In this document: positions 42,776 to 58,004 of the stretch, in pieces | Layout of the letters: each line of letters begins with the position of its first letter | Numbering within the stretch: position 1 is the stretch's first letter | Translations under genes and position numbers: made by a program | Assembly: GCA_964016885.1 (NCBI GenBank) | Contig: OZ024760.1 | Span: 11,284,001 to 11,348,000, forward strand | DNA length: 64,000 nt | Reading direction: 5' to 3' | Source of the DNA: Eledone cirrhosa | Taxonomy: Eukaryota | The notes under the pieces: generated by a model | Told to the model about the DNA's origin: nothing | The model's database searches: none | Seen by the model: the letters and a program-made list of their open reading frames with translations, nothing else

Positions 42776-43145
42776 TTAGTCTTGTCTCCGTCTCTGCGCA
42801 TGCGTTTGCGTGTGTGTTCGCGTTTGATTGTATGTGTTTTGGTTTTAGGTGTTCTATCTTTGTGTACTAGTGTGTGTTTATATGTGTTTGTTGTTATTGT
42901 ACTTGTCCCACCTCCACCCCTCTAAGAATAAACTATACTACTAACCTTGTTATAAACATTCTCACGGAAATAAACAAGTGGAGGCGGTCATGGCTGGAGT
43001 AGTTTGTTTATATAAAGAGATATGTTTGATGGAGGTTGACTTGGTACTGTAATCTAGCACAGTCTCTCATATTTAGTTTTCAGTGTCTTTCTTGTAATAT
43101 TTTGTCTGGAACAAATATAAATCTGATTTTACTTCCAGCTACTAA

Positions 43146-43147
43146 TG

Positions 43148-43191
<44 letters not shown>

Positions 43192-43225
43192 GGTGGTAGT
43201 GGTAGTAGTGGTAGTAGTAGTTGCG

Positions 43226-43283
<58 letters not shown>

Positions 43284-43381
43284 TAGTAGTAGTAGTGGTG
43301 GTCGTAGTAGTAGTAGTAGTGGTGGTAGTAGTGGTAGTGGTAGTAGTAGTGGCGGTAGTAGTAGTAGTAGTAGTAGTGGCG

Positions 43382-43412
<31 letters not shown>

Positions 43413-43414
43413 CG

Positions 43415-43466
<52 letters not shown>

Positions 43467-43588
43467 CGGTAGTAGTAGTAATAATAGTAATAGTGGTCGT
43501 AGTAATAGTACTAGTGATGGTAGTGGTAGTAATAGTGGCGGTAGTAGTAGTGGTAGTGGTAGTAGTAGTAGTAGTAGTGGTGGTAGCG

Positions 43589-43634
<46 letters not shown>

Positions 43635-43638
43635 CAGA

Positions 43639-43680
<42 letters not shown>

Positions 43681-43690
43681 GGTGGTAGCG

Positions 43691-43746
<56 letters not shown>
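43146..43746. repeat. (AGT/GGT)n microsatellite
   Basis: Visible directly. Confidence 0.9.
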
Positions 43747-43850
43747 CGACATTGTAACTTTGCTAAACAGAGACAGACAATGCCAATGGTGAATGGAACA
43801 AAATATAAACGAATTCAACAGATTTAATAGAAATGAATTGGTGCTACAAT

Positions 43851-43914
<64 letters not shown>

Positions 43915-43930
43915 AGTGTAGGCGTGTGTA

Positions 43931-43963
<33 letters not shown>

Positions 43964-44181
43964 GTCCATTTTTGTTGGTTGATAAAAGAACAACGTACTC
44001 AATACACAATGTAGAGTTTATATTTGTTAGAATTCAATTGATCTTCACAAGTTAAGGATTGATTGGTTATATATCGATTTATACATAACGTAGCTATTAA
44101 TTTTTATGTATATATACATGTGTGTGTATGTGTGTGTATATGTGTGTATGTATATATAAATATGTGTGTCTACCTGTTTAC

Positions 44182-44231
<50 letters not shown>

Positions 44232-44321
44232 TAAGGATAGTATTTATGGTTATGTATATATACATATGTGTGTATGTGTGTGTATATGTGTGTATGTATA
44301 TATAAATATGTGTGTCTACCT

Positions 44322-44363
<42 letters not shown>

Positions 44364-44461
44364 TAAGGATAGTATTTATGGTTATGTATATATACATATG
44401 TGTGTATGTGTGTGTATATGTGTGTGTATGTATATATAAATATATGTGTCTACCTGTTTAC

Positions 44462-44523
<62 letters not shown>

Positions 44524-44770
44524 TTACGGATACTATTTATGGTTATGTATATACTATACTATGTATATACTATACTATGTATATACTATACTATGTATAT
44601 ACTATACTACAACTTTTTATAGTTATGTATATTTTAAACCCTAAACAGTGAAAGACAGAAATTTATTACTACCTTATTACCAGTAAGATAAATAGCTCAA
44701 TGTAATAACAACAGTTGTTCTACAGAGCAGTTATATAGAATACACACACATATATATATATATATATATA

Positions 44771-45077
<307 letters not shown>

Positions 45078-45306
45078 TAATCATATATGCATATATATAT
45101 ATTTCTATGCACATATATATGTGTATGTTCGTATGTCTGTATAAGTGTATGTTCGTATGTGTGTATGTATGTATGTGTGTATGTATGTATGTTTGTATGT
45201 ATGAATGTGTGTATGTATGTATGTATGTGTGTATGTATGTATGTTTGTATGTATGAATGAGTGTGTTTGTGTATGTATGTATGTCTGTGTATGTATGTAT
45301 GTATGT

Positions 45307-45659
45307 TTTCTCTTTCTCTTAATTTCGAGTATATTTTTTTGACCGGCCACCTTCCTGGTGGCAAGGTTGTAAAAGAAAAGAAATTGTCATCTCTTGAATC
45401 GCAAGAATGTTTTGCATATTTTGAAGGTGCCAGCTATCGCAGCCATTTGTAGACTATGAATTAGGGAGCTGCGCTTTTTGTCCGCAAATCCAAGTTCGGT
45501 CATACTTTGGTCCAAGCGGGTTGGTATATAGCCCGTAGCACCAATAATGATGGGTATGAAGCTAAAGGTGTATCTTGGATACTGGATTTGTAAGCTCCTC
45601 ATCAATGGTCCGTAGATGTCCTCCTTCTCCTGTATTTTTCTGACAACGTTTACATCAAG
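45307..45659 (-). mobile_element. 5'-truncated R4/Dong-type (restriction-like endonuclease) non-LTR retrotransposon 3' end
   Basis: LDVNVVRKIQEKEDIYGPLMRSLQ...FIPIIIGATGYIP...LGF...[17 protein letters not shown], a typical RLE C-terminus. Short 3' UTR has hairpin GCCACC/GGTGGC. (ATAC)n lies on both sides. Confidence 0.8.
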
Positions 45660-46415
45660 TATGTATGTATGTATGTATGTATGTATGTATGTATGTATGT
45701 ATGTATGTATGTATGTATGTGTGTATGTATGTATGTTTGTATGTATGAATGTGTGTGTGTATCTATGTATGTATGTATGTATGTATGTCTGTCTGTATGT
45801 ATGTATGTATGTATATATGTATGTCTATATGTCTGTATGTGTATGTATGTCTGTATGTATGTGTGTATGTATGTATGTCTGTATGTGTGTATGTATGTCT
45901 GTATGTCTGTATATGTATGTCTGTATGTGTGTGTGTATGTATGTATGTGTCTCTGTATGTATGTATGTATGTGTGTCTGTATGTATGTATGTGTCTGTGT
46001 GTATGTATGTGTGTGTGTGTATGTGTGTATGTATGTGTGTATGTCTGTATGTGTATGTATGTATGTATGTATGTATGTATGTATGTGTGTCTGTATGTAT
46101 GTGTGTCTGTATGTATGTGTGTCTGTATGTATGTGTGTCTGTATGTATGTGTGTGTCTGTATGTATGTATGTATGTATGTGTGTCTGTATGTATGTGTAT
46201 GTATGTATGTATGTATGTATGTGTGTCTGTATGTGTGTCTGTATGTATGTATGTGTGTCTGTATGTATGTATGTATGTGTGTCTGTATGTATGTATGTAT
46301 GTGTGTCTGTATGTATGTGTGTGTATGTATGTGTGTCTGTATGTATGTATGTATGTGTGTCTGTATGTATGTATGCCTGTATGTATGTGTGTCTGTATGT
46401 ATGTGTGCCTGTATG
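45660..46415. repeat. (GTAT)n-based microsatellite
   Basis: Visible directly. Confidence 0.9.
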
Positions 46416-46768
46416 CGATAAAAACCTTATTGACGATGATGTTGCTCATTATTAGGGGCTAGAAGAAGAAGAAGAAGAAGAAGAAGAAGCGTGGTAGCAA
46501 TGGGAGGAGGGAGGGGAGACGTGGGGGGGGGGGGGGTTAATGACAAAGAGTATAAGGAGGAGTAGGAAGGAGAAGGGGATTAGAACGATGGCGGCGAAGA
46601 CGACACCAATTCAAGGTTTAAGAGATTCTTAATTACACGGCTTTGTTCCTCAATTTTTATCGACTTCACAATGGCCGCCATTGTTATCATTATTATTGTT
46701 ATTATTATTGCCATTATTAGTGATATTATCATTGTTATTATTATTATGAATATTAATATTGTTGCTGC

Positions 46769-46825
<57 letters not shown>

Positions 46826-46914
46826 ATTGGTATTTCATATTCCCATATTTGGGTTTGTTTACATATAGACTTCCTCCGTAAAATAACTCCCGGTTGTAAA
46901 TACAGTAAATGTTA

Positions 46915-47665
46915 TTGTAATGGTGGTGGTGGTGGTGGTGGTGGCTATGGTGGCCGTTGTTGTGGTGGCGGCGGTGGTGGTGGTTATGGTGGTGGTGGTG
47001 GCTATGGTGGTGGCTATGGTGGCCGTTGTTGTGGTGGTGGCGGTGGTGGTGGTTATGGTGGTGGTGGTGGCTATGGTGGCCGTTGTGGTGGTAGTGGCGG
47101 TGGTGGTTATGGTGGTGGCTATGGTGGCCGTTGTTGTGGTGGCGGCGGTGGTGGTTATGGTGGTGGTGGTGGCTATGGTGGCCGTTGTTGTGGTGGCGGC
47201 GGTGGTGGTTATGGTGGTGGTGGTGGTTATGGTGGTAGTGGCTATGGTGGCCGTTGTGGTGGTGGTGGTGGTTATGGTGGTGGTGGCTATGGTGGCCGTT
47301 GTGGTGGTGGTGGCGGTGGTGGTGGTGGCTATGGTGGCCGTGGTGGTGGTGGTGGTGGTGGTTATGGTGGTGGTGGCTATGGTGGCCGTTGTTGTCGTGG
47401 TGGTGGTGGTGGTGGTGGTGGTGGTGGTGGTGGTTATGGTGGTGGTGGTGGCTATGGTGGCCGTTGTTGTGGTGGCGGTGGTGGTGGTGGCTATGGTGGC
47501 CGTTGTTGTCGTGGTGGCGGTGGTGGTGGTGGTGGTGGCTATGGTGGCCGTTGTTGTGGTGGTGGCGGTGGTGGTGGTTATGGTGGTGGTGGTTATGGTG
47601 GTGGTGGTGGTGGCTATGGTGGCTGTTGTGGTGGTGGCCGTGGTGGTGGTGGTGGTTATGGTGGA
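46915..47665. repeat. (GGT)n composite microsatellite with GCTATGGTGGCCGTT interruptions
   Basis: Visible directly. Confidence 0.9.
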
Positions 47666-47693
47666 GGGCCGAGATGCTGAAGGGGCTGTTTTA

Positions 47694-47749
<56 letters not shown>

Positions 47750-48110
47750 GGGGTCTATAACATAAAGTACCAGTAATACACTGGGATAATTGCTGGCCTT
47801 GTGCCAAAAGTAGAAACAATTATTGACATGGAGGTTATTGATTTTGTGGCTTAGGGGAAAGAAGATCAGCTCTGAGTGATCGAAGCCAATTGTCAAAGAC
47901 GTTCCAGCCGTGACCAACACACTTGGCTCCAATGTGCTGAGAACCAAGACATACGTTATCCAACGTCTCATCTTCTAAGATCGACCTGATATTTGAGGGT
48001 GTATTAGCTGCTATTTCTTGCATGAAACGTGACCACTATGGGATTTCTTTCTTGTTGATATTATTGTTGCAGCATTACTCCAACTGATGCTGCTGCTACT
48101 ACTACTGCTG

Positions 48111-48177
<67 letters not shown>

Positions 48178-48178
<1 letters not shown>

Positions 48179-48490
48179 GCCATGCTTTCCAGCATAGTTA
48201 CGTCCCTTTACGATCTGAGTTCAGATCCCGCCGAGGTTGACTTTGCCTTTCATCCTTACGGGGTCGATAAAATAAAGTACCAGTAATGCACTGGGTAGTT
48301 GCTGGCCTTGTGCCTAAAGTAGAAACAATTATTGTTGCAGCATGGAGTAGTGGCTCTTTACGTTCTCACTTCCAATCCCGTCGAGGTTAACTTTGCCTTT
48401 CATCCTCACGGTGTCGATAAAATAAAAGTACCAGTAATGGACTGGTGTTGATTTAATTGACTTTCCACTCAGCCAAAATTGTTGTCAATA
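48178..48490 (+). mobile_element. Two adjacent tRNA-derived SINE copies (48178-48330; 48352-48490)
   Basis: Main-family cores. A 16-bp direct repeat ATTATTGTTGCAGCAT lies at 48060-48075 and 48328-48343. Confidence 0.8.
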
Positions 48491-48521
48491 GTAGGAACAG
48501 TCATTGTTGTTGTTGTGGTGG

Positions 48522-48553
<32 letters not shown>

Positions 48554-48970
48554 GGTGTTGGTGGTGGTGTTGTTGTTTTTGTTGTTGTTGTTGTTGTTGT
48601 TGTTCTTGTTGTTGTTGTTGGTGGTGGTGGTGGTGGTGTTACTGTTGTTGTTGTTGCTGCTGCTGCTGTCATTGCTGTTATTGTCGTTACTCGTCTTGTT
48701 GTTTCCAACACCACCACCATCACCACTACCACCATTACAATCACCATCACCACCACCATCACCACCATCACCACCACCACCACCACCACCAGCACCAGCA
48801 CCACCACCATCACCACCATCACCACCACCACCACCATCACCACCACCACCACCACCACCACCACCATCACCAGCACCACCACCATCACTATATATATATA
48901 TATACATATATATACATATATATATATATACATATATATATATACATATATATATATCATTATATATACA

Positions 48971-49002
<32 letters not shown>

Positions 49003-49013
49003 CATATATATGC

Positions 49014-49044
<31 letters not shown>

Positions 49045-49055
49045 CATAAATATAC

Positions 49056-49128
<73 letters not shown>

Positions 49129-49137
49129 TAAATATAC

Positions 49138-49226
<89 letters not shown>

Positions 49227-50065
49227 CATATATATACATATATATACATATATATATATATACATATATATATATATCATTATATATACATATATATATA
49301 TATATATACATATATATACATACACACACACGTATCCTGAGGCAATCTTATTACACACACACACACTTAAGCACACACGCACAAGTGCGCATGCACACAC
49401 GCGCGCACTCAGTCCAACACACTCAAGCACACACGTATACACACTTAGATTTTATCATATACACATTTGAAAACACACACACACACGCAGTCGACTACAC
49501 ATATATACACACACATTTAAGCACGCTCACCTATACGCACGCGTACACACGCATACGCGTACACACACACACATACATGCACGCGTACACACACACATAC
49601 ACACATACACGCACGCATACACAGACACATACACACACGCGTACACACTTACACGCATGCGTACATACACACACGCGCGCATACACACATACACGCTTGC
49701 GGACACACACACACATACACGCACGCGTACACACACATACAAGCATGCGTACACTCACACACACGCCCATACACACATACACACACACACAGATACATTC
49801 ATGCGTACACACACACACATTGCCGCACGCATACACACACACATACGTGCATGCGTACACACACACTCTCTCGCACGTGCACAGACGCTGACGGGGACAC
49901 CCGTGTACACCTCAATACACACAAGATGAAGATAACGGTTCAGAGAATATAGAATTGTGGGACGAAAGACTGCATCTTTAGTAGCAACAACAACAACAAC
50001 AACAACAACAAGAACAACAACAATAACAACAACAACAGCAACAACAACAACACCAAACTACCAAC

Positions 50066-50097
<32 letters not shown>

Positions 50098-50458
50098 CAA
50101 TACCAATACCAACACAACCAACAACACCAACACCACCACCACCACCAACATCACCACCACCACCAACACCACCAACACCAACAACAACACCACCACCACC
50201 AACACCACCAACACCACCAACACCACCACCACCAACAACACCAATTACAACACCACCAACAACAAGAACACCAACCCCGCCACCACCACCAACAACAACA
50301 ACACCACCACCACCAACACCACCAACACCACCACCACCAACAACACCACCACCACCACCACCACCAACACCACCAACACCACCACCACCAACAACACCAC
50401 CACCACCACCACCACCAACACCACCACCACCAACAACACCAATTACAACACCACCTCC

Positions 50459-50510
<52 letters not shown>

Positions 50511-50712
50511 CCAACAAAAACAACAACAACACCACCAACAACACAAAACAAAAAGCTCTACCTGACTCTAAGGTCTTCATCTTGTAATAACAAACTAAAA
50601 AATATAGAAACAGCGACAAGTTATGAATAAAACTCGTTTATTATTCATATTGCAATCAGATAAAAATCTAGATTTTGAAATTTAAAGAATAAAAAATATA
50701 ACAGAAAATTAT

Positions 50713-50821
<109 letters not shown>

Positions 50822-50851
50822 TATATATATATATGTGTGGGTGTGTGTATG

Positions 50852-50913
<62 letters not shown>

Positions 50914-50933
50914 TGTGAGTGTGTGTGTGTATG

Positions 50934-51091
<158 letters not shown>

Positions 51092-51327
51092 CATATACAT
51101 ATATATATGCGTGTGTGTGTGTTTGTCTGTGTGTGCATGTGCATATGTGTGCATACATATATGTATACATATATATATATATATACACACACATATATAT
51201 ATTCATTTACATATATACATACACATACACACACTCACACACTGTTATTTCTGGCAATATTATTACAACAATATGACCCTCCCCAAATATAACTATATAA
51301 CAATATATATATATATACATACACACT

Positions 51328-51359
<32 letters not shown>

Positions 51360-51370
51360 CACACACACAC

Positions 51371-51425
<55 letters not shown>

Positions 51426-52326
51426 CACACAAACACACGCATATACATACATATACATATATATATATATGCATTTAATGCAAAATATTAACTGAAACAA
51501 AATCTAATTTAGATCTATCATTAATAATTATATTGAAAGAATAAATAAAATAAAAAATAAAGAAATTCATAGAAAAAGAAAGAAAGAAAATTGCTGCAAT
51601 ATTTTCAAGCAAGTGTTGAGGAATCCTTCCTTAATCACCACAGCCTCTACACCACCCCACCTCCCTCCACCGCCTCTACACCACCCCACCACCACTACAC
51701 CACTCCACCCTCGCCTCTACACCACCCTAACACCACCCCACCATCAACTCACTAACGCCTCTACGCCGCCTCTTCACTGCCCTACCACCGCCACACCACC
51801 GCCTCACCACCACCCTACCACCGCCTCTACGCCGCCTCACCACCCTACCACCGCCTCTACACCGCCCCACCACCACCTATACACCGCCCCACCAGCCACC
51901 GCATTACCGCCTCTTCACTGCCCTACACCACCCCACCACCTCTCCTACACCACCTCTCCACCTCCCTGCCCTACACCACTTCCTTCCGCTGTCTCTCACA
52001 TAGTATTGGACTCAATATGGCCAAGTCAGATGTATAATACAAGAGCTAAAAGGAAATGAAGCAATGGCGTCGTAAGAGATTTGTCCTTAGATTTTAATTG
52101 AAATACAATTAAAGACAAAAATTATTGAGAAAAAACAAACAAAACAACACAAAAGGAAGAATGCAAAAAATATATTTAAGAAAAATGGCAATAAGAATTT
52201 TTTTTTTCTCTCTTTTTTTGTGTGCGTTTTTAATATTTATTTAGTGCGGGAGAGAAGTACTGCATCAGAATGTTGAATAACTAAAGTATTGATTACGTCA
52301 CACTAGTATTTCTTTGTAATTAGGTT

Positions 52327-52363
52327 CCTTTACCGGTTTCGCAGTTCTTGAGCTTTTCAAAAG
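52327..52363 (-). ncRNA. Family C hammerhead motif, U3-A8 variant, weakened stem II
   Basis: Minus strand: CTT-TTGAAAA-GC(tcaagaact)GC-GAAA-CCGG-TA-AAG; homolog of 59706-59741. Confidence 0.55.
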
Positions 52364-52459
52364 TAGAATTGAGATGGAGGGTTTGTGGTTTTTCTCGCAT
52401 CGGGTTGGTGTTCGAATGTTACTTCTGTTTTATAACATTCGAATACCAACCAGACACGA

Positions 52460-52800
52460 GAAAAATGATATTTGAAAAAACGAATCAGTTGTTCGCCGAA
52501 GAGAAACGTGTCTGACCTCAGCCCTTTTAACCTCGTCCACCATATAACCTCTTTCATCATAGCCATAACACATAGGAAAACCGCCTCTCCTTCGTTTTTG
52601 AATGAGGGTGGCGGTTTGATCATGACAATGGACTTGGTGGTCAAATGGATTGGTCCCACCCGCGACAATAGTCGTTCTACATAGCCCCACAGGTCGGTAA
52701 CGTCCGGGCAGTGTACAAATGCGTGCGCGACGGTTTCCTCGTCGCGCACGCATCTCGGACATCTTTTTCGAAGGGTCCCTGCTCGGGCGCCCGGGCACTC
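52460..52800 (-). pseudogene. L1/Tx1-type LINE ORF2 C-terminal CCHC (zf-RVT-like) fragment
   Basis: RCPRCVRDEETVAHAFVHCPDVTDLWGYVE...KEVIWWTR. Confidence 0.8.
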
Positions 52801-53125
52801 AGTCCATGGGAAGAGTTAGGTAGAAGTGGTTACACAACAGAAGAAATATTCTAAACAGATTATGCAATAGTGATTGCCTAAATACGAGAAATGAATTCTT
52901 CACACGGTGTCCACACGTCTCGAAACACCTCTTACATAACAACAAAGTTCCGGATTGAATCACAACAATATCCTAATTTTCTTATCAACTAGAAACTTTT
53001 CGGACTTTCGCAATTATCTCCCTTACACCTCTCGTACGCTTTTTAGTATTGCCCGTGTGAAGTGACGGTTTCTGCGCATGCACGTTCGTACGGTTGTCCT
53101 TCCTGTTCCGTATAACTATGTCCAT

Positions 53126-53168
53126 TACGAGCTGAGGATACGCTAAGGTGAAACAATTGTTCTCGGTA
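53126..53168 (+). ncRNA. Type I hammerhead motif (family G)
   Basis: TACGAG-CTGAGGA-TACGCTAAGGT-GAAA-CAATTG-TT-CTCG(G)TA; palindromic stem III AACAATTGTT; stem II weak. Confidence 0.65.
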
Positions 53169-53194
53169 TGGTGAACTAACTGTTATGTAACCAC

Positions 53195-53272
<78 letters not shown>

Positions 53273-53560
53273 TATACATATATATATAAACGGAAAAAAT
53301 GAAACGAAATTTCATTTCTCACTCTTAGTACGGCTGTTACTTAAATATAAGTATGTATACGTACATACATATATGTATACAGACGCACAGTAGTCTGTAT
53401 ATATATATATACATACATGCACACATATATATATATATGTACGTATGGATTCACCGAACATTTATTATAATGCTCCGTGTGTTTGTAAACAAACATCCCG
53501 AATTAAGCCGTACAGTGTCTAGCAACCATCGTTGCTCATTTGTTCAACACTGACAAAGGA

Positions 53561-53603
53561 ACGCTGTACTAGTTTCAAGCTTATTAGCTATCGCCAGCAA
53601 CGT
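53561..53603 (-). ncRNA. Type I hammerhead motif (family F), core A6->G decayed
   Basis: Minus strand: ACGTTG-CTGGCGA-T-AGCT(aata)AGCT-T-GAAA-CTAG-TA-CAGCGT; palindromic stem III ACTAGT. Confidence 0.7.
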
Positions 53604-53991
53604 ATACCTTCCTGCCATATATATATTACACTAGCTACAGTCTCATTTAAGTACGTCTGTTTCTGTAGCTGTCTGTTTCACTGATCAAATATTCGGGCAT
53701 ATACCGAGAGGCCATTTCCTCACTAGGAGACCGAAACATGTTTGAATATGTCATCAAACTACACAAAGATCAGACGCATACCCTCATTACTTCATTGTAA
53801 TTAAAATTAATATATTTTAATTAATATAAATACGGCGTTTGACCAGAAGAATATACTCATTAAGATCATTTTTGTTTGTTTTGTTTTAACTTCATTATAG
53901 CTGTTATTTTAATTAACGAAACAAATTTGGAGCACTATATATCGTACATTAGTACATTAGCTTACACATATGCATCTGAGAAAGACACAGA

Positions 53992-54070
<79 letters not shown>

Positions 54071-54380
54071 GTACATATATGTGTGTGTGTGTGTCTGTGT
54101 GTGAGTATGTATATGTTTGTGTGTATATATATATGACTCTCTCTCTATATATATATATAGTGAATATTTGATGAGAATCTGACCACAGGCTATATCAAAA
54201 TAATCAACTATTTATCTCCCCTTCATTGTACATCACTAATTGAAGTCCGTTAATTAGTGCATAATTAATTGCATTCACTAAAAAAACATATCAAAGCCAA
54301 GAGATTAAGCAACAGATTAAGCAACAGATACGTATGCACATAGACAAATGGAATATAAAGCATGTACATTTATATATATA

Positions 54381-54439
<59 letters not shown>

Positions 54440-54441
<2 letters not shown>

Positions 54442-54702
54442 GAAAAATGTTTAACCCCGACGGCAGAGCTCAAGTCGTTTCGACGGCTATTTCTGGGCTC
54501 ATCTCAGTCTGTTCGCAAACAGGTCGATGATTTTTTGCGTTAGCATCCGAAGGTAAAGTTGTCTGTCTAGAAATATCCGTCGAAACGGCTTGAGCTCTGC
54601 CGTCAGGGTTAAACTTTTTCCTATTACCCACTCTACTACACTAAGTATTGAGTATTCTGGTGCGTTATGGTCCATCTGGTTCCTAACCACACTTCCTTCG
54701 TT
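54440..54702. mobile_element. Diverged family B element with opposed arms and a ~65-bp spacer
   Basis: CCCCGACGGCAGAGCTCAAG.CGTTTCGACGG ... CCGTCGAAACGGCTTGAGCTCTGCCGTC...CCTTCGTT-(AT)n. Confidence 0.7.
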
Positions 54703-54840
54703 ATATATATATATATATTACATTCAAAGTTATGGATGTCACGATTGAAATAATCTTGAACATGTATCCTGTCTCCCAAAATGCAAATCTCGTTATATAA
54801 GAAAAAAATCTAATAAAGAGATGGTTAGAAAAGCGTACCT

Positions 54841-54880
<40 letters not shown>

Positions 54881-55062
54881 GAAATGAGGCTTTTTTTCAA
54901 AATGAAAAAATAACGAGATGTCCTACACGAGTGAAAGTATAAGAAAAACAGATGAAATCGAAAATGCAAATGATTAAGAATACATAATTGTTTCCTTTAC
55001 CGGTTTCATAGTTCTTACGCTTTTCAAAAGTAGAATTGAGATTTGTGGTTTTTCTCGCATCT

Positions 55063-55101
<39 letters not shown>

Positions 55102-55502
55102 TGTAATAAACAACATAAGATAATTAATTCATTTACCAATGGTTTCTTGATGACAGATGAGCTTGACACTTATGTCTGTCTTCATTCCTTTACTTTTCCT
55201 ACGGAAATACTTCATTTATATATATATATATATATAAATGTGATCCTTTATATTTATAAATAAGTAAATAAAATTAAATAAATAAATAAATAAATAAATA
55301 CATACACAAGCACAATAACAACAAGCACATAAACACACACTAGTCACCCATCACACAGCAAACAAAACACTATACACACACGCAAACGCATGCGCAAAGA
55401 AGACAAAATAAAATAAACAAACAAGCAAATAAATAAATAAATATATAGACAGACTGAATAAAAATGGCGTAGACATACAATACAACAGGAGGAAAAGATA
55501 GC

Positions 55503-55544
55503 ACCACTGACGATGTTGCAGATGTGCAACGAAAGATTTATGAT
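55503..55544 (+). ncRNA. Family A2 hammerhead motif
   Basis: ACCA-CTGACGA-T-GTTGCA(gatg)TGCAAC-GAAA-GATT-TA-TGAT. Confidence 0.65.
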
Positions 55545-56311
55545 AAACTATATATATGTGTTTGTGTCTATATTGTATCTGTATTATTTTTGACCGCCGG
55601 TCAGTCAATGGCAACATTGAGGACCGAGTAAGTTAGATTACCGATATAAAAGACACAGAAGCGAGAAGCGAAAACCAACCAAACAGTGAGTGTGTTCTGT
55701 TATTAATTCTGGCAATATTACACAAATATGACCCTCCCCAAGTATAACAATATTTGTTTCGACACACGATTTCATATAAAAAAACCTCGCAAAACTAATT
55801 CATCGCCGCTATACTTTATATTTATATATATATATATAAAGGATCAAAGGATCTTTATAACATGTACAAAAGATTGATGGTAGTGTTGGTGATGTTGGTG
55901 GTGGTGGTGTTGGTGGTGTTTTTGGTGGTGGTGAAGGTGTTGGTGGTGGTGACCGTGTTGGTGGTTGTGGTGGCAGCAATGGCGGTGGCTGTGAGGTAAT
56001 GTGTTTGTGTTAGTGATGTTGGTAGTGTTGGTGGTGTTGGTGGTGGAGACGGTGGAGATGGTGGTGTTGATGGTTGTGGTGGCACCAGTGTCAGTGGCGG
56101 TGGATATGAGGTAATGGTCGGTGCTGTTCCTGTCGGAATGGTTTCATTATCACCAAACGGGAAATGTCTGCAGGACATTTCCCAAAGACCGGAAAGTCTG
56201 CTCAACATATTCATTTGTATCTCGTTAAATTTTTCTAAATTATTCCTTGAAGTAAAAATTTCTCGTCGCACCCCCACCCTTCCCTCTCTCACCCTGCCTT
56301 TACCACCTCCT

Positions 56312-56374
<63 letters not shown>

Positions 56375-56952
56375 TTACCACCGCTACAAATACTACCACC
56401 ATTACCATCACCTTCAACAGCACCCCTATTACTACTACCACAACTGCCACCACTACCACAACAATCACCACCACCATCACCACCACCACCATCACTGCCA
56501 TCACCATCACCACTACCTTCACTACTACCACTACTACAACTACCACCACTACTACAACTACCACCGCTACAAGTACTACCACCATCACCCCCATCACCAC
56601 CACCACCACAATCACCACCACCGCTACCATCATACTACTACTTCACAACTGCCACCACTACTACAACTGCCACTGCTACAAGTACTACCACCATCACCAC
56701 CACTATCACCACCACCATCATCACCACCACCACCACCACCACCGCTACCATCATACTACTACTTCACAACTGCCACCGCTACAAGTACTACCACTAACGC
56801 CCCCACCACCCCTACTACTACTACTACTACCACCACTACCACCACCACCACTACCGCTACCAGTACTATCATCACCACCGCCACCAACATTAATATAAAC
56901 ACATTAAGCTTCTTTGTTGCCATTATCAACCTCCTCATACTTTATGTTATCG

Positions 56953-57030
56953 ATCCTTACGGGGTCGATAAAATAAAGTACCAGTAATGTACTGGGGTAA
57001 TTGCTGGCCTTGTGCCTAAAGTAGAAACAG
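56953..57030 (+). mobile_element. 3' fragment of tRNA-derived SINE (other fragments at 47748-47822 and 57760-57905)
   Basis: CCTTACGGGGTCGATAAAATAAAGTACCAGTAAT...CCTTGTGCCTAAAGTAGAAAC. Confidence 0.8.
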
Positions 57031-58004
57031 TTATCATCCTCCTCATCGTTATCATCATCATCATTGCCATCAGTATCAGCGTCACCATCATTATCATATC
57101 ATCATCACACCATCAACACCCCCACCATCATCATCATCATCATAACCACACCACCACCATCACCATCATCATCATCATCACCATCAACACCACCACCATC
57201 ATCACCATCATCATCACCACACCATCACCATCATCATCATCATCACACCATCACCATCAACACTACCACACCATCACCATCATCATCATCATCATCATCA
57301 CACCATCACCATCATCATCATCATCATCATCACCATCAACATCACCATCAACACCACCACCATCATCATCATCATCATCATCATCATCACCACACCATCA
57401 CCATCATCATCACCATCAACACCACCACCATCATCACCATCAACACCACCACCATTATCATCATCATCATCACATCATCGTCATCACCATCAACATCATC
57501 GTCACCATCCTCCTCATCATCACCATCATCATCACCATCACCACCATCACCACCATCACCATCATCACCATCACCACCATCACCACCATCACCATCACCA
57601 TCACCATCACCATCGTCACCATCACCATCGTCATCATTATAGTGATAACATCATAGACCTTTCAGCCTGTATTCTTCATTATATCACCGAAGAGGATAAT
57701 GTAATGTCCGAAGTATTAGAGTGTCAACTAAAATAATTGACACGAGTACTTACTGCCGGTTCTTTACGATCTGAGTTCAAACACCACCGAGGTCATCTTT
57801 GCCTTTCACACTTCCATTGGTTTATAAAATAAATTACCAGTAAAATACTGGGGTTTATCTCATTGACTTCTCGCTTTACTGGCCTTGTGCTTAAATTAGA
57901 AATCAAAATTTGAAATGTTTTTTACGCCATTTGCCTAGATTTGGTGACAACTTAGCGGTCTTCTATTTGGTTCTTGTGTGTTGTACATATCTGTGTGTGT
58001 GTGT

